A stretch of 64,000 nt of DNA from Bradyrhizobium sp. (GTDB lineage Bacteria; Pseudomonadota; Alphaproteobacteria; Rhizobiales; Xanthobacteraceae), in assembly GCF_035652035.1 (NCBI RefSeq), contig NZ_DASREO010000097.1:310-64309 (forward strand), written 5' to 3'. A program made the position numbers and the translations under genes. Of this stretch, positions 52,360 through 64,000 are shown piece after piece (within the stretch, counting starts at the first letter, position 1; the number at the start of each line of letters is the position of its first letter). The notes under the pieces are model-generated. The model did not search any database, had not been told where the DNA came from, and saw nothing but the letters and a program-made list of their open reading frames with translations.

Positions 52360-53853
52360 TTACTGCGAACGCGCCCGCTGATCACGCCACTTCAAGAACT
52401 CCTTCCAAAGGTTCTCCTGCTCCTCCGGACTCTGATGGGGATACGCTTCGCGGATCCGGCGTAGCACCGCCGGCGTGTCAGACTGCGCTCGTGCTTCCGC
52501 CGCCAGCTTGGCAGCGCTGACGTTGAGCCATGTCTCCGCCGCTTCCAGCCTCTTCCAGCCAGGCAGCTGACTCGCCAGGTTGACCTCTCGCCATTTCACA
52601 TGGTGCGGCGGCTCAAAGAATTCATCGATTCTTGGAAACAAGGCATTCACAAACATTTCGACGCGCCTGTAGCGGTCGGAATTCTTCGGCCAATTGTAGG
52701 CAATCAACACGGCCGTATCCGCAATGGTCTCGACGCTCTGACCCGCCGGGATCATGTTGGGGTAGTCGTCATTGGTGAGGGCCGTCGGCAGGAAATCGTT
52801 ATTGAGTGACTTGGCGTATGGGATCGACAGAAATTTGAGACCATCGGACTGCTTCAGCAGTGACAACGAATCCGTCGGCTTCCCGGCGACCAGCGTCGTG
52901 GCCGCGATCTCACCACGCTTCAGCTTCTCCAAAGCCACCGTTTGGGGCAGGTTCACTTCCTGAATGTTTATCCCCAGGCGCTTGAAGACGTCGCGCATCG
53001 TGTAGTTGGTGCCGCTGCCCAACTCATCGAGATTGACTTTTTGCCCCTGCAGTTGATCCAGGGAAGCGATATCGGAGCGCACGACGATATGAACTTCCAG
53101 GTTAAAGAGCTTGGTGATGTAGACAATCTTGTCGTCATTCAATCCGAGCGTCTCGTTCGCTCGCCGATAGTTGTTGAGGGTACTGGTCTGCGTGAGACCG
53201 ATATCGATGCCTTTCAGGTTGCGCACATCGCGAATGTTTTGCGGGCCGCCGATTCCAACGACCGGAAGGATACGAAGAGTTTCGCCGTTGTTGAGAACAG
53301 ATGCGAGATCATAGGCGGCCTGAAGATACGTCGCATCGGATCCCGGGCTGCCCGATATGATCGATACGGTGTTTTGATTGATCTGTTCGTCCTTGTAGAT
53401 GCCGACCCCGACCGCGAAATTGTCGCCCAGTTTCTCAACATAGGTCGACTTTGCTTCCACGAGACCGGTCTTGGGATTGGTCCAGCGATAGTCGGTCCAG
53501 CCGCTGCCTTTGGTTTTGGCAACTTCAACAGTGTTGCGCGCCGGATAGATGCCGTCCTGATCCCTGAATTCCCAAAGGCTCTTGCCAACCAATTCCTGCC
53601 GGGCAGCGTGGGCCTGGATCACGCAATCGTAGTTCATGATGTAGACGTAAAGGTCGCGATCGCGAAACGCCTTCTGCTGCGCCGTTACCGCAGCAAATGT
53701 CTTCGCAGCACCCTCAAGTCGAAAGCGCTCCTGGACGCGCTTCACCATGGCGACCGCCTCGTCCCGGGTGCCGAATTGAGCGGCAGAGGCTGGGTATGCG
53801 ACCAGAACGAGTATAAAAAATACGACAATCGCAGATACAAAGCGCCGCAGCAT
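52360..53853 (-). CDS. Exported fusion of a single Cache domain and a TAXI-family solute-binding domain
   Basis: T.DEA.AMV...F.DRDLYVY...G.GW.DY.W.NP.TG..E.KSTY (Cache), then GG.QNI.D...DIG.TQ, EVHIVVR, DQLQGQKVNL...GSGT (TAXI); AAGGA SD. Confidence 0.82.
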   Translation of the reverse strand: MLRRFVSAIVVFFILVLVAYPASAAQFGTRDEAVAMVKRVQERFRLEGAAKTFAAVTAQQKAFRDRDLYVYIMNYDCVIQAHAARQELVGKSLWEFRDQDGIYPARNTVEVAKTKGSGWTDYRWTNPKTGLVEAKSTYVEKLGDNFAVGVGIYKDEQINQNTVSIISGSPGSDATYLQAAYDLASVLNNGETLRILPVVGIGGPQNIRDVRNLKGIDIGLTQTSTLNNYRRANETLGLNDDKIVYITKLFNLEVHIVVRSDIASLDQLQGQKVNLDELGSGTNYTMRDVFKRLGINIQEVNLPQTVALEKLKRGEIAATTLVAGKPTDSLSLLKQSDGLKFLSIPYAKSLNNDFLPTALTNDDYPNMIPAGQSVETIADTAVLIAYNWPKNSDRYRRVEMFVNALFPRIDEFFEPPHHVKWREVNLASQLPGWKRLEAAETWLNVSAAKLAAEARAQSDTPAVLRRIREAYPHQSPEEQENLWKEFLKWRDQRARSQ

Positions 53854-54222
53854 AATCGCGGTCCTTACGCACAATGACTTTTCTAGTTACAAACACAAGT
53901 TGCAAAAACATTTGGGGCTTTTTGTGGTCGAATTTGGGGTTTTCTATTCAACAATGAGGTGGGCAACGGACAAGGTGAGCCCACCTTCGATCTGCGAATA
54001 GAGACGCGGATGACACTTCGATGACATGTCGATGATATGGCGCCGGAGCGCGCACCCCTGCGGCATGAAACAGGATTGGTTATGGTTAAGATCTCCTAAG
54101 GCGCTGTGGCGAGATTGCTCGATGATGATTTACCCCAACTTGATACTGTCGCGAGAGGACTAGCCCGGCTTAAGCAGTTGAACAGCAGCGGCGGCCCATG
54201 ATCGGCGAAAAGGACATGGGAC

Positions 54223-54426
54223 ATGCCAGATTCAAGCTCCTGCGCTGTTAGCGAAATCCATACCCGCGCCATTTGCGACGAGATCGGCGAACGTCTCCGG
54301 TTCATGCTCGACCGATCACAGGCACCACCACCGCCGCGGATACTGGCCTTGCTGTTGCAGCTTCAACTCGCCGAACTGAAAGCGCCGCTTGCGGAAGGGG
54401 TGACGCAAGCTTCCGCTGCCGCGTGA
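54223..54426 (+). CDS. Small hypothetical protein, weakly NepR (anti-sigma)-like
   Basis: AICDEIGERLRFMLD...PPPRILALLLQL; AAGGA/GGGA upstream. Confidence 0.5.
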   Translation: MPDSSSCAVSEIHTRAICDEIGERLRFMLDRSQAPPPPRILALLLQLQLAELKAPLAEGVTQASAAA

Positions 54427-54474
54427 AAACGCCAGCGACCTCAAATCAGCAGAGCGGAGTGGAGCGGAGAATGA

Positions 54475-54551
54475 TGGTGGGCGGCTACGGATTCGAACCG
54501 CAGACCCTCTCGGTGTAAACGAGATGCTCTAACCAGCTGAGCTAGCCGCCC
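54475..54551 (-). tRNA. tRNA-Val (TAC)
   Basis: 77 nt GGGCGGCTAGCTCAGCTGGTTAGAGCATCTCG-TTTACAC-CGAG...GTTCGAATCC...CCA. Confidence 0.98.
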
Positions 54552-54640
54552 ACGTACCGTGACATTCGCGTGCGGTTTTTAGCCTTGGGAGCCCCTTTGG
54601 CGCAAGGTCGGATGGGGTCGCAGTGTGCGGGATAGCGGGC

Positions 54641-54669
54641 AAAAAAACGGCGCCCGAAGGCGCCGTTTT
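54641..54669 (-). terminator. Intrinsic terminator of lon
   Basis: Minus strand: AAAACGGCGCC-TTCG-GGCGCCGTTTTTTT. Confidence 0.88.
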
Positions 54670-54688
54670 CATTAACGTATTAACTGCC

Positions 54689-57118
54689 TCAGTGAGCGGT
54701 CAGACCGCCAGAGGCCTCGTCGCCGGCTTCAGGCGTCACCGGCACCTTGGCGGAGTCTTCCTCCCAGACGATCGGCACAGGAGGCCGCACCAGGGCCTTG
54801 GCAACGACTTCGTCGAGCCGGGCCACCGGAATGATGTCCATCCCGCCCTTGATCGCATCGGAAATCTCCGTGAGATCCTTGGCGTTCTCGTCGGGGATCA
54901 GCACCGTCTTGATGCCACCGCGCGCAGCGGCGAGCAGCTTCTCTTTCAGCCCGCCGATCGGCAGCACCCGTCCGCGCAGCGTGATTTCGCCGGTCATGGC
55001 GACATCATGCCGAACCGGGATACCGGTCATCACCGAGATGATCGCGGTCGCCATCGCAACACCCGCCGACGGTCCGTCCTTCGGGGTCGCCCCCTCCGGC
55101 ACGTGGACGTGGATATCACGCCTGTCGAACAACGGCGGCTCGATGCCGAAGCCGACAGCGCGCGAGCGGACAAACGAGGCCGCCGCCGAAATCGACTCCT
55201 TCATCACGTCGCGCAAATTGCCCGTGACCGTCATCTTGCCCTTGCCGGGCATCATGACGCCTTCGATCGTCAGGAGCTCGCCGCCGACATCGGTCCACGC
55301 AAGACCGGTGACAATGCCGACCTGGTCGTCGGTCTCGATCTCGCCGTAACGATACTTCGGCACGCCGAGGAAGTCTTCGAGCGTCTTCTCGGTGACCTTG
55401 ACCGACTTCTTCTTCGAGATCATCAACTCCTTCACCGCCTTGCGGGCGAGTGTCGAAAGCTCACGCTCGAGGTTACGCACGCCCGCTTCGCGGGTGTAGC
55501 GACGGATCATCAAGAGCAGCGCTTCGTCGTCGATCGACCATTCCTTGGTGTCCAGACCGTGCTTGGAGAGCGCGTTCGGGATCAGGTGCTTGCGCGCGAT
55601 CTCGACCTTCTCGTTCTCGGTGTAGCCGGCGATCCGGATGATCTCCATGCGGTCCATCAGCGGTCCGGGAATATTGAGCGTATTCGCGGTCGTGATGAAC
55701 ATGACATTGGAGAGGCCGTAATCGACCTCGAGATAGTGGTCGTTGAAGGTCGAGTTCTGCTCGGGGTCCAGAACCTCAAGCAGGGCCGACGACGGATCGC
55801 CGCGGAAGTCGGCGCCCATCTTGTCGATCTCGTCCAACAGGAACAGCGGATTCGAGGTCTTCGCTTTGCGCATCGACTGGATGATCTTGCCCGGCATCGA
55901 CCCGATATAGGTCCGCCGGTGGCCGCGGATTTCGGCCTCATCCCGCACGCCGCCGAGCGACACGCGCACGAACTCGCGACCGGTCGCCTTCGCGATCGAC
56001 TTGCCAAGCGAGGTCTTGCCGACGCCGGGAGGACCGACGAGGCACAGGATCGGCCCGGTCAACTTGTTGGCGCGCGACTGCACGGCCAGATACTCGACGA
56101 TCCGGTCCTTGACCTTCTCCAAGCCATAGTGATCGCTGTCGAGCACTTCCTGCGCGGCAACGAGGTCCTTCTTGACTTTGGACTTCTTGTTCCACGGGAT
56201 CGACAGCAGCCAATCGAGATAGTTGCGCACGACGGTCGCTTCCGCGGACATCGGCGACATCTGCCGCAGCTTCTTCAGCTCGTGCTGGGCCTTCTCGCGC
56301 GCCTCCTTGGAAAGCTTGGTCTTGGAGATCTTCTCCTCGAGATCGGCGAGTTCGTCCCGGCCCTCGTCGTCGCCGAGTTCCTTCTGAATCGCCTTCATCT
56401 GCTCGTTGAGATAATACTCGCGCTGCGTCTTCTCCATTTGCCGTTTGACACGCGAGCGAATCCGCTTCTCGACCTGGAGCACGGAGATTTCGCTCTCCAT
56501 CAGGCCAAGCACCTTCTCCAGCCGTGCGGTCACCGACAGCGTCTCCAGGATTGCCTGGCGATCGGCGATCTTGACGGCAAGATGCGAAGCGACGGTGTCG
56601 CCGAGCTTGGCGAAATCCGTAATCGCCTGCACGACGCCGACGACCTCGGCCGAAATCTTCTTGTTGAGCTTCACGTAGCTCTCGAAATCGGACACGACCG
56701 AACGCGCAAGCGCTTCGGCTTCGACCGACGTCGCGTCGGTGTCGGCGAGCGCAACCGCCGTCGCCTCATAATATTCGGTGCGAGGCGTGTATTTCTCGAC
56801 GCGCGCGCGCTCGAGCCCTTCCACCAGCACCTTCACGGTGCCGTCGGGCAATTTCAGAAGCTGCAAAACGCTGGCAAGCGTGCCGGTCTCGTAAATCGCC
56901 TCGGGCGCAGGATCATCGTCGGACGCATTCTTCTGCGTCGCCAGCATGATCAGCGCATCGTTCTTCATCACCTCTTCAAGCGCGCGGATCGACTTCTCGC
57001 GGCCGACGAACAGCGGCACGATCATGTGCGGGAAAACGACGATGTCGCGCAGCGGCAACACGGGATAGGCATGGCTTTCGCCATGAACGATCGATGGCCG
57101 GGGTTTTGGGGTGGTCAT
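54689..57118 (-). CDS. lon: ATP-dependent Lon protease
   Basis: [33 protein letters not shown] catalytic Ser. Confidence 0.98.
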   Translation of the reverse strand: MTTPKPRPSIVHGESHAYPVLPLRDIVVFPHMIVPLFVGREKSIRALEEVMKNDALIMLATQKNASDDDPAPEAIYETGTLASVLQLLKLPDGTVKVLVEGLERARVEKYTPRTEYYEATAVALADTDATSVEAEALARSVVSDFESYVKLNKKISAEVVGVVQAITDFAKLGDTVASHLAVKIADRQAILETLSVTARLEKVLGLMESEISVLQVEKRIRSRVKRQMEKTQREYYLNEQMKAIQKELGDDEGRDELADLEEKISKTKLSKEAREKAQHELKKLRQMSPMSAEATVVRNYLDWLLSIPWNKKSKVKKDLVAAQEVLDSDHYGLEKVKDRIVEYLAVQSRANKLTGPILCLVGPPGVGKTSLGKSIAKATGREFVRVSLGGVRDEAEIRGHRRTYIGSMPGKIIQSMRKAKTSNPLFLLDEIDKMGADFRGDPSSALLEVLDPEQNSTFNDHYLEVDYGLSNVMFITTANTLNIPGPLMDRMEIIRIAGYTENEKVEIARKHLIPNALSKHGLDTKEWSIDDEALLLMIRRYTREAGVRNLERELSTLARKAVKELMISKKKSVKVTEKTLEDFLGVPKYRYGEIETDDQVGIVTGLAWTDVGGELLTIEGVMMPGKGKMTVTGNLRDVMKESISAAASFVRSRAVGFGIEPPLFDRRDIHVHVPEGATPKDGPSAGVAMATAIISVMTGIPVRHDVAMTGEITLRGRVLPIGGLKEKLLAAARGGIKTVLIPDENAKDLTEISDAIKGGMDIIPVARLDEVVAKALVRPPVPIVWEEDSAKVPVTPEAGDEASGGLTAH

Positions 57119-57423
57119 GGCCTTTTCCTTTTGTTGTGCCCCCTTGCTACGCCATCCGCATCATGCGCAACGGCCACAAGGTGCCGAATTGACCGGAAAA
57201 CTAAGGCCTCATCAGGCCGCCTCCTCCGGCTTTTGTCGGACGCGAATCTCAAAGCGATTTTCGCGCCGCCAGTCACATTAGGTGGCTATCTGCGGTAAGG
57301 GTGTCAAGTCGCTGAAAATGCCTGTGGGACAAGGCCAAACGGGGCTTTTGGGATTAGCCCAAAATGGCCACCGAAGGCTCGGCAGCCGCTTGAAAATACG
57401 CCAATCACAAGCGCCCGAAGACC

Positions 57424-58698
<1,275 letters not shown>

Positions 58699-59144
58699 TC
58701 ATCTCTCCGTCCGCAGTTCGATCCCGCACCTTGCTCTCATCCCGGCTAACGACCGGCCCCCCGACTTTTCTACAAATCGTTGTAGATAGAGCAAAATCCG
58801 TACCAAAAAAGACCCTATTCCTGTGCCGCAGCGAGAATCGCGGCCAACTCGAATCCCATGCAAGCACACCCTAAGCGACCTAGCCAACCATGCTCGCACC
58901 CGACTATCAAGAATTCGCTAATTGGCGGGGTCGCGCTATCCGTGACAATACCGTGATTTGCACTGCCATATGGTAACTATCGGCCAAAAATCGCCGGACG
59001 TTGCGCGATTGCCACGCCAGACCCGGGACGAAAGCGGAACCCTTGCCGGAACATGGCAAAAGGGACGCTTTCGGGACCATTTCCCGGCAAGCAACCGTTA
59101 ACGCCAGCTTGAGCCAACTCGGCTGGCCAGCGTTGGTGCCGCCC

Positions 59145-59783
59145 TCAGCTCGCTTTTGCGATCGCTGCGGGGTCTTCCGGCCGCTTGTCGATCACCTTGT
59201 CGACAAGGCCGAACGCCTTGGCATCGTCGGCGGTGAGGAACTTGTCGCGTTCCAGCGCGTCCTCGATCGCCTTGTAGGTCTGGCCGGTATGCTTGACGTA
59301 GATCTCGTTGAGCCGCTTCTTCAGGTTCAGGATTTCCTGGGCGTGCAGCATGATGTCGGTGGCCTGGCCCTGGAAGCCGCCCGACGGCTGATGCACCATG
59401 ATGCGGGAATTCGGCAGCGTGAAGCGCATGTCCTTTTCGCCGGCGGCCAGCAGGAGCGAACCCATCGAAGCCGCCTGCCCCGTGCACAGCGTCGACACCG
59501 GCGGGCGGATGAATTGCATGGTGTCGTAGATCGCGAGCCCCGACGTCACCACGCCACCGGGCGAGTTGATGTACATCGAGATTTCCTTCTTCGGATTCTC
59601 GGCCTCGAGAAACAGAAGCTGCGCCACGATCAGCGTCGACATGCCGTCCTCGACCGGTCCGGTGACGAAGATGATCCGCTCTTTGAGCAAGCGCGAGAAG
59701 ATGTCGTAGGCCCGTTCGCCGCGGTTGGTCTGCTCGACCACCATCGGCACGAGGTTCATGTAGGTTTCAACGGGATCGCGCAT
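59145..59783 (-). CDS. clpP: Clp protease proteolytic subunit
   Basis: [29 protein letters not shown]. Confidence 0.98.
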   Translation of the reverse strand: MRDPVETYMNLVPMVVEQTNRGERAYDIFSRLLKERIIFVTGPVEDGMSTLIVAQLLFLEAENPKKEISMYINSPGGVVTSGLAIYDTMQFIRPPVSTLCTGQAASMGSLLLAAGEKDMRFTLPNSRIMVHQPSGGFQGQATDIMLHAQEILNLKKRLNEIYVKHTGQTYKAIEDALERDKFLTADDAKAFGLVDKVIDKRPEDPAAIAKAS

Positions 59784-60068
59784 GAGTCACCCAAGGGTTG
59801 GCAGGAACCTGTATCCACCGGCAGGACGATACGAAGCGAAAGCGAGGCCGGCAGGACGAGCGTTCCGTGATGCAGGAATTAGAGACGGGTTCACAGATAG
59901 TCTTGGCTTTTCCGGCCACAAGGCCGACTTACCAGTCCCGGCCACAAGACCGGGCCAGGACGTCAGTTACCCCAGCAGTTCAAGCTGATTCTGCCGGAGA
60001 CGCCTAGCCGGCGGACCTCGCCCGCCGGCTCATTTGCGCTTCAACCTTAACGCAGAACTTACAGTCGG

Positions 60069-61430
60069 TTAGGCCGCGGTCTTCTCGGCCTCATCCTCTT
60101 TGTACAGCTCTTCACGCGAAACCTTCGTTTCGGTCACGGTGGCGAGTTCAAGGATGAAATCGACGACCTTGTCCTCATAGATCGGTGCACGAAGCTGGGC
60201 CAGCGCATTGGCATTGTTGCGGTAGTAGTCCCAGACTTCCTTTTCGCGGCCCGGCATCTGGCGCGCCCGCTCGATCACCGCGCGGCCGACCTCATCGTCG
60301 GTGACCGTGATCTTGTTCTTCTCGCCGATCTCGGAGAGCACGAGCCCGAGCCGCACGCGGCGATCGGCGATCTTGCGGTATTCCTCCTTGGCGGCGTCTT
60401 CCGTGGTATTTTCGTCGGCGAAGGTTTTGCCGCCCGCTTCCATTTCGGACTTGATCGAGTTCCACATCAGATTGAACTCTTCGTCGACCAGTGTCGGCGG
60501 CGCCTCGAAGCGATGGGCTTCGTCGAGCCGATCGAGCAGGACGCGCTTGACGCGCTGACGGGTCGCGCCGGCAAATTCGGCCGCGATCCGCTCGCGCGCC
60601 GCCTGCTTCAACTTGTCGAGGGATTCAAGGCCAAGCGTCTTGGCGAACTCATCGTCGATGGCGAGGTCCTGCGGCGCCTCGATCTGGGACGCGGTTGTTT
60701 CAAACTCGGCCGCCTTGCCGGCGAGTTCCTTGTTGCCGTAGGCCGCCGGGAACGTGACCTTCAGGGTGCGCGTTTCGCCCGACGCAATGCCGATCAGCTG
60801 ATCCTCGAAGCCGGGGATAAAGGTGTTGGAGCCGATCGTCACCGGAATGTTCTCGGCCGATCCGCCCTCGAATGCGGTACCGTCGACCGTGCCCTTGAAT
60901 GAGACGGTGACGCGATCGCCGCTTGCGGCCTTGGCGCCCTCGCCCTTCGCCGCAAAACTGCGGTTCTGCTCGGCAATGCGCTTGACCGCGTCCTCGACCT
61001 CGGCGTCGGTCACGTCGGCGACCGGCTTCTCGACCTTGAAGCTCTTGAAGTCAGCCAAAGCAATCGACGGCACGACCTCGATCGCAACCGTGTAGGTGAG
61101 ATCGGATTTGCCGGCGAGCAGCTCCTCGACCTCTTTCTGTTCGGTCGGCATGGTGATCTTGGGCTCGGTGGCCAAACGGAAACCGCGCTCGGTGAAGAGC
61201 TTGGAGTTGGCGTCGCGGATCGTTTGGTCGATCGCCTCGGCCATCACCGAGCGGCCGTAGACCTTCTTCAGATGGGCGACCGGCACCTTGCCGGGACGGA
61301 ATCCGTTGAGGCGAACCTTGTCCTTCAATTCCACCAGCTTCGCGTCGGCCTTGGCATCGAGATCCGCCGCCGGGACGCTGATCTGAAACTCGTGCTTCAA
61401 CCCTTCCGCGACCGTTTCCTTTACCTGCAT
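60069..61430 (-). CDS. tig: Trigger factor
   Basis: GFRPGKVP signature, [13 protein letters not shown]. Confidence 0.97.
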   Translation of the reverse strand: MQVKETVAEGLKHEFQISVPAADLDAKADAKLVELKDKVRLNGFRPGKVPVAHLKKVYGRSVMAEAIDQTIRDANSKLFTERGFRLATEPKITMPTEQKEVEELLAGKSDLTYTVAIEVVPSIALADFKSFKVEKPVADVTDAEVEDAVKRIAEQNRSFAAKGEGAKAASGDRVTVSFKGTVDGTAFEGGSAENIPVTIGSNTFIPGFEDQLIGIASGETRTLKVTFPAAYGNKELAGKAAEFETTASQIEAPQDLAIDDEFAKTLGLESLDKLKQAARERIAAEFAGATRQRVKRVLLDRLDEAHRFEAPPTLVDEEFNLMWNSIKSEMEAGGKTFADENTTEDAAKEEYRKIADRRVRLGLVLSEIGEKNKITVTDDEVGRAVIERARQMPGREKEVWDYYRNNANALAQLRAPIYEDKVVDFILELATVTETKVSREELYKEDEAEKTAA

Positions 61431-61727
61431 GGCTTCAATCTTCTTTTCGAGAAGTCCGGCGACAGGCCGGACGGATGATTCATTTGAAATGGCGCATTGC
61501 GTCGTGGCTTGCGCCGGCGGTTTCGGTAGTCTCCAGAACCCTATGAAATTCTTGCCTTATTCGGCGGTCCGATTGTCGGGGCGCTGAAGGCTCCCGAGCG
61601 ACCGGCGGCGCATAGGCGATGGGCTGACGCTGGTAGCTCAATGGCGGCGGGAGATCAACAGTTCCAGCAAGCGACAACAGCCGAAAACCCACCCGGCATC
61701 GGATATGGCGAGGGAGGACGGCGTCCG

Positions 61728-63425
61728 CTAGGCCGAGCGGACGGATCCGAGAAAGCGGCCCATTTCAGATTTCAGCCGAGCGCTTTCGCTGGTCAATGCC
61801 CGCGCCGACGACAAGACCTGCGCGGACGCGGAGCCCGTGGCGCTGGCGCCGCGCTGCACCTCGCCGATGCTGGATGAAACCTGCTCGGTGCCGGCGGCGG
61901 CCTGCTGCACGTTGCGCGAGATTTCCTTGGTCGCCCCACCCTGCTGCTCGACCGAGGCTGCGATCGTCGCGGATATCTCCGACAGCTGTTCGATGGTGGC
62001 GCTGATATTGCCGATGGCGCCCACCGACTGCTGGGTCGCGCTTTGGATGTCGGCAATCTGCTGGCCGATTTCGCCGGTCGCTTTCGAGGTCTGTTCGGCG
62101 AGCGCCTTGACTTCGGCTGCGACGACCGCAAATCCGCGGCCCGCCTCGCCGGCCCGCGCCGCCTCGATGGTGGCATTGAGCGCAAGCAGGTTGGTCTGGC
62201 CGGCGATGGAGTTGATGAGTTCAACGACGTCGCCGATCCGGCTCGCCGCCTTCGAAAGCCCACCGACGTGGTCGGTCGTGGCCCGCGCCTGACTGACGGC
62301 TTCGCTGGCAATCCGGGCTGTCTCCCGGACTTGGCGGCCGATCTCGCCAACCGACGACGACAGTTCCTCCGTCGCGGTGGCGACCGATTGAACATTGGAA
62401 GAAGCGTCCCTGGACGACGCAGCGACGGAGATGCTGAGTTGCTGTGCGCGCTCGGCGGTCGAGGCCAATGCACCTGCCGAGGTTTCGAGCTCCGAGGAGG
62501 CCATCGATACGGCATCGACGATCTGCCCGACCGCATTTTCAAAATCGTCGGCGATCTTGAGTATGTCCGACTTGCGTTGTGCCGCAGCGCGCCCCTCGGC
62601 CGCCATCTGATCCGCCTTGAGGCGCTCGGCCTCGCCCATCTTTTCCTTGAGGATCTGGATGGCGGAGGCGACCTTTCCGATCTCGTCGCTGCGCTCCTGC
62701 CCCGAAACTTCGGTCGCGATATTACCGCCCGCCAGTTGATCCAGGCTCTCCACGACGCTCATCAAGGGCCGCGAAATGCCCCGCTGCACGGCGATCATGT
62801 ACAGGACGGCGCCCACCATCGTCGCGAAAGCGAGAAGCAAGGCGACGGTCCAGGTGGTCATCCGCGCGCGTTCGGAGGCTTGCCTCGCGTCCTGGTCGGC
62901 GACCGAGATGAAGCGCTCCCTGGCCTTGCCCAGAAGTTCCGTGGGCGCGCGGTCGATACCGGCGACGGCCGCGTCGCCGGCGGCGCTGTCATAGCCTTGA
63001 TCCCTGAAGGCCTGGAAGCCGCGCCGATAGGCCTCGCCCATATCCTTGTGGGCAGCGACGAACTGGCCGATCAGCTGCGCAGCTTGTGGATCGGCCACGC
63101 CGGCCTTCATCCGTTCGCCGGCGCTGCGCACGTCACTTTCGCGCTGCTGGAACGCGTTCCAGTGCTTGTCGAGCGCTTCGGGCTTCTTGCCGCGAAGCAG
63201 CGTGTCCTTCCACTCCTGAACCTGCTTCTTGAAATTCGTCTCGATAGCCAGCACGTCGACGGCATTGGCCTGGCTTGCGCCGACGCGCGTGACGAACACG
63301 TCAACGCTCTCCGAATATTGCCAGAAGCCGTACGCCGCCGCCGCCAGCAAAACAGCGGTGCAAAGAGCAAACAATAAAAGTATGCGGCCTCGAATGCCGA
63401 GCGAAAGGTTCTTCATCGAAAGCAT
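61728..63425 (-). CDS. Methyl-accepting chemotaxis protein
   Basis: Two TMs, periplasmic helical sensor ([14 protein letters not shown]), [39 protein letters not shown]. Confidence 0.95.
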   Translation of the reverse strand: MLSMKNLSLGIRGRILLLFALCTAVLLAAAAYGFWQYSESVDVFVTRVGASQANAVDVLAIETNFKKQVQEWKDTLLRGKKPEALDKHWNAFQQRESDVRSAGERMKAGVADPQAAQLIGQFVAAHKDMGEAYRRGFQAFRDQGYDSAAGDAAVAGIDRAPTELLGKARERFISVADQDARQASERARMTTWTVALLLAFATMVGAVLYMIAVQRGISRPLMSVVESLDQLAGGNIATEVSGQERSDEIGKVASAIQILKEKMGEAERLKADQMAAEGRAAAQRKSDILKIADDFENAVGQIVDAVSMASSELETSAGALASTAERAQQLSISVAASSRDASSNVQSVATATEELSSSVGEIGRQVRETARIASEAVSQARATTDHVGGLSKAASRIGDVVELINSIAGQTNLLALNATIEAARAGEAGRGFAVVAAEVKALAEQTSKATGEIGQQIADIQSATQQSVGAIGNISATIEQLSEISATIAASVEQQGGATKEISRNVQQAAAGTEQVSSSIGEVQRGASATGSASAQVLSSARALTSESARLKSEMGRFLGSVRSA

Positions 63426-63700
63426 CGCCCCAAAATCCCGTTCTTCAAAGAATCGAAGGATTATGTTCCCGTCATGCTTTCCTGTTTCTTAAGCGAAACC
63501 AGCCGCTTGGGGCCAGAAAGCGCCACCTTCAAGTTGCATGGAGGCGCACGATCTTCCCTTGGTAGGAGGAATATTTCGCGGCGAGAAATTAAGCTGGGTT
63601 CTGGCTCAACGTCCGTCTTCGCCGGCGTCTTGCGTGAGCTTCTCTGGACACGCTTCGCCGGGCTGGCGCAGTGCCACGCGTAGCCTGCGAGGGCAAAGCG

Positions 63701-63785
<85 letters not shown>

Positions 63786-63922
63786 ATGAAAGCTTGGTGT
63801 TGGCCGCTATGCCGCGGGCGGCGGCTTATAACATGCGCCACCGCTTCGCAGCAATTCTCCGATTTGCGCCCGTGAGGACCCTGCTGCTTGCCATATCATG
63901 CGGAAAGTGGTCCGCATCAACC

Positions 63923-64000
63923 ATGTCGGATCACAATTCAGATCGCATTGGTCGGCCAAACCGTCGCGCGGTGATGGCGAGCCTCGCGGCCATCGCTCTG
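63923..64000 (+). CDS. 5' end of a probable Tat-exported protein (runs off window)
   Basis: MSDHNSDRIGRPNRRAVMASLAAIAL twin-arginine-like leader; only 26 codons visible. Confidence 0.45.
   Translation, partial: MSDHNSDRIGRPNRRAVMASLAAIAL

Larger units (their letters stand above)
51044..54536. mobile_element. About 3.4-kb integrase-less genomic islet at tRNA-Val
   Basis: Bounded by the 66-bp direct repeats; no recombinase ORF inside. Confidence 0.75.

Noticed and set aside
57275-57308. Possible RpoH promoter upstream of lon (CTTGACA...CACCTAAT)
   Set aside because: Good -35 element, but the spacing to a -10 element does not fit cleanly; sigma factor cannot be assigned.
61480-61692. 70-aa ORF and tRNA-like GGTAGCTCAATGG between tig and the MCP
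   Set aside because: No cloverleaf or T-arm, and no protein-like features.

Overview
High-GC alphaproteobacterial chromosome segment; gene order and protein sequences resemble Bradyrhizobium/Nitrobacteraceae. The backbone is mostly minus-strand housekeeping genes: uppS(partial)-frr-pyrH-tsf-rpsB, dnaE, lolD-lolC/E-proS, mce-rnj-birA, the complete nuoA-N operon with two inserted genes, HU, lon-clpX-clpP-tig, and tRNA-Asp, -Val and -Leu. Accessory or unannotated signals read from the sequence: (1) a 32-aa SidA-like membrane peptide gene upstream of dnaE with two LexA boxes over its promoter; (2) a copper locus in which a DUF2946 leader ending in an RGPP arrest-type motif precedes an uncharacterised beta-barrel protein, CopC, CopD and a cytochrome c, with PCuAC divergent; (3) two copies of a ~167-bp CTAG-bounded double-hairpin MITE-like element, one of which, with an adjacent IS630, sits between the Shine-Dalgarno sequence and start codon of mce; (4) integrase-less islets at tRNA-Val (Cache-TAXI fusion, Pro-rich Sel1-like protein, NepR-like peptide) and at tRNA-Asp; (5) a triple C-rich-loop hairpin RNA after a small gene. 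All calls come from reading motifs by eye; no database searches were run.
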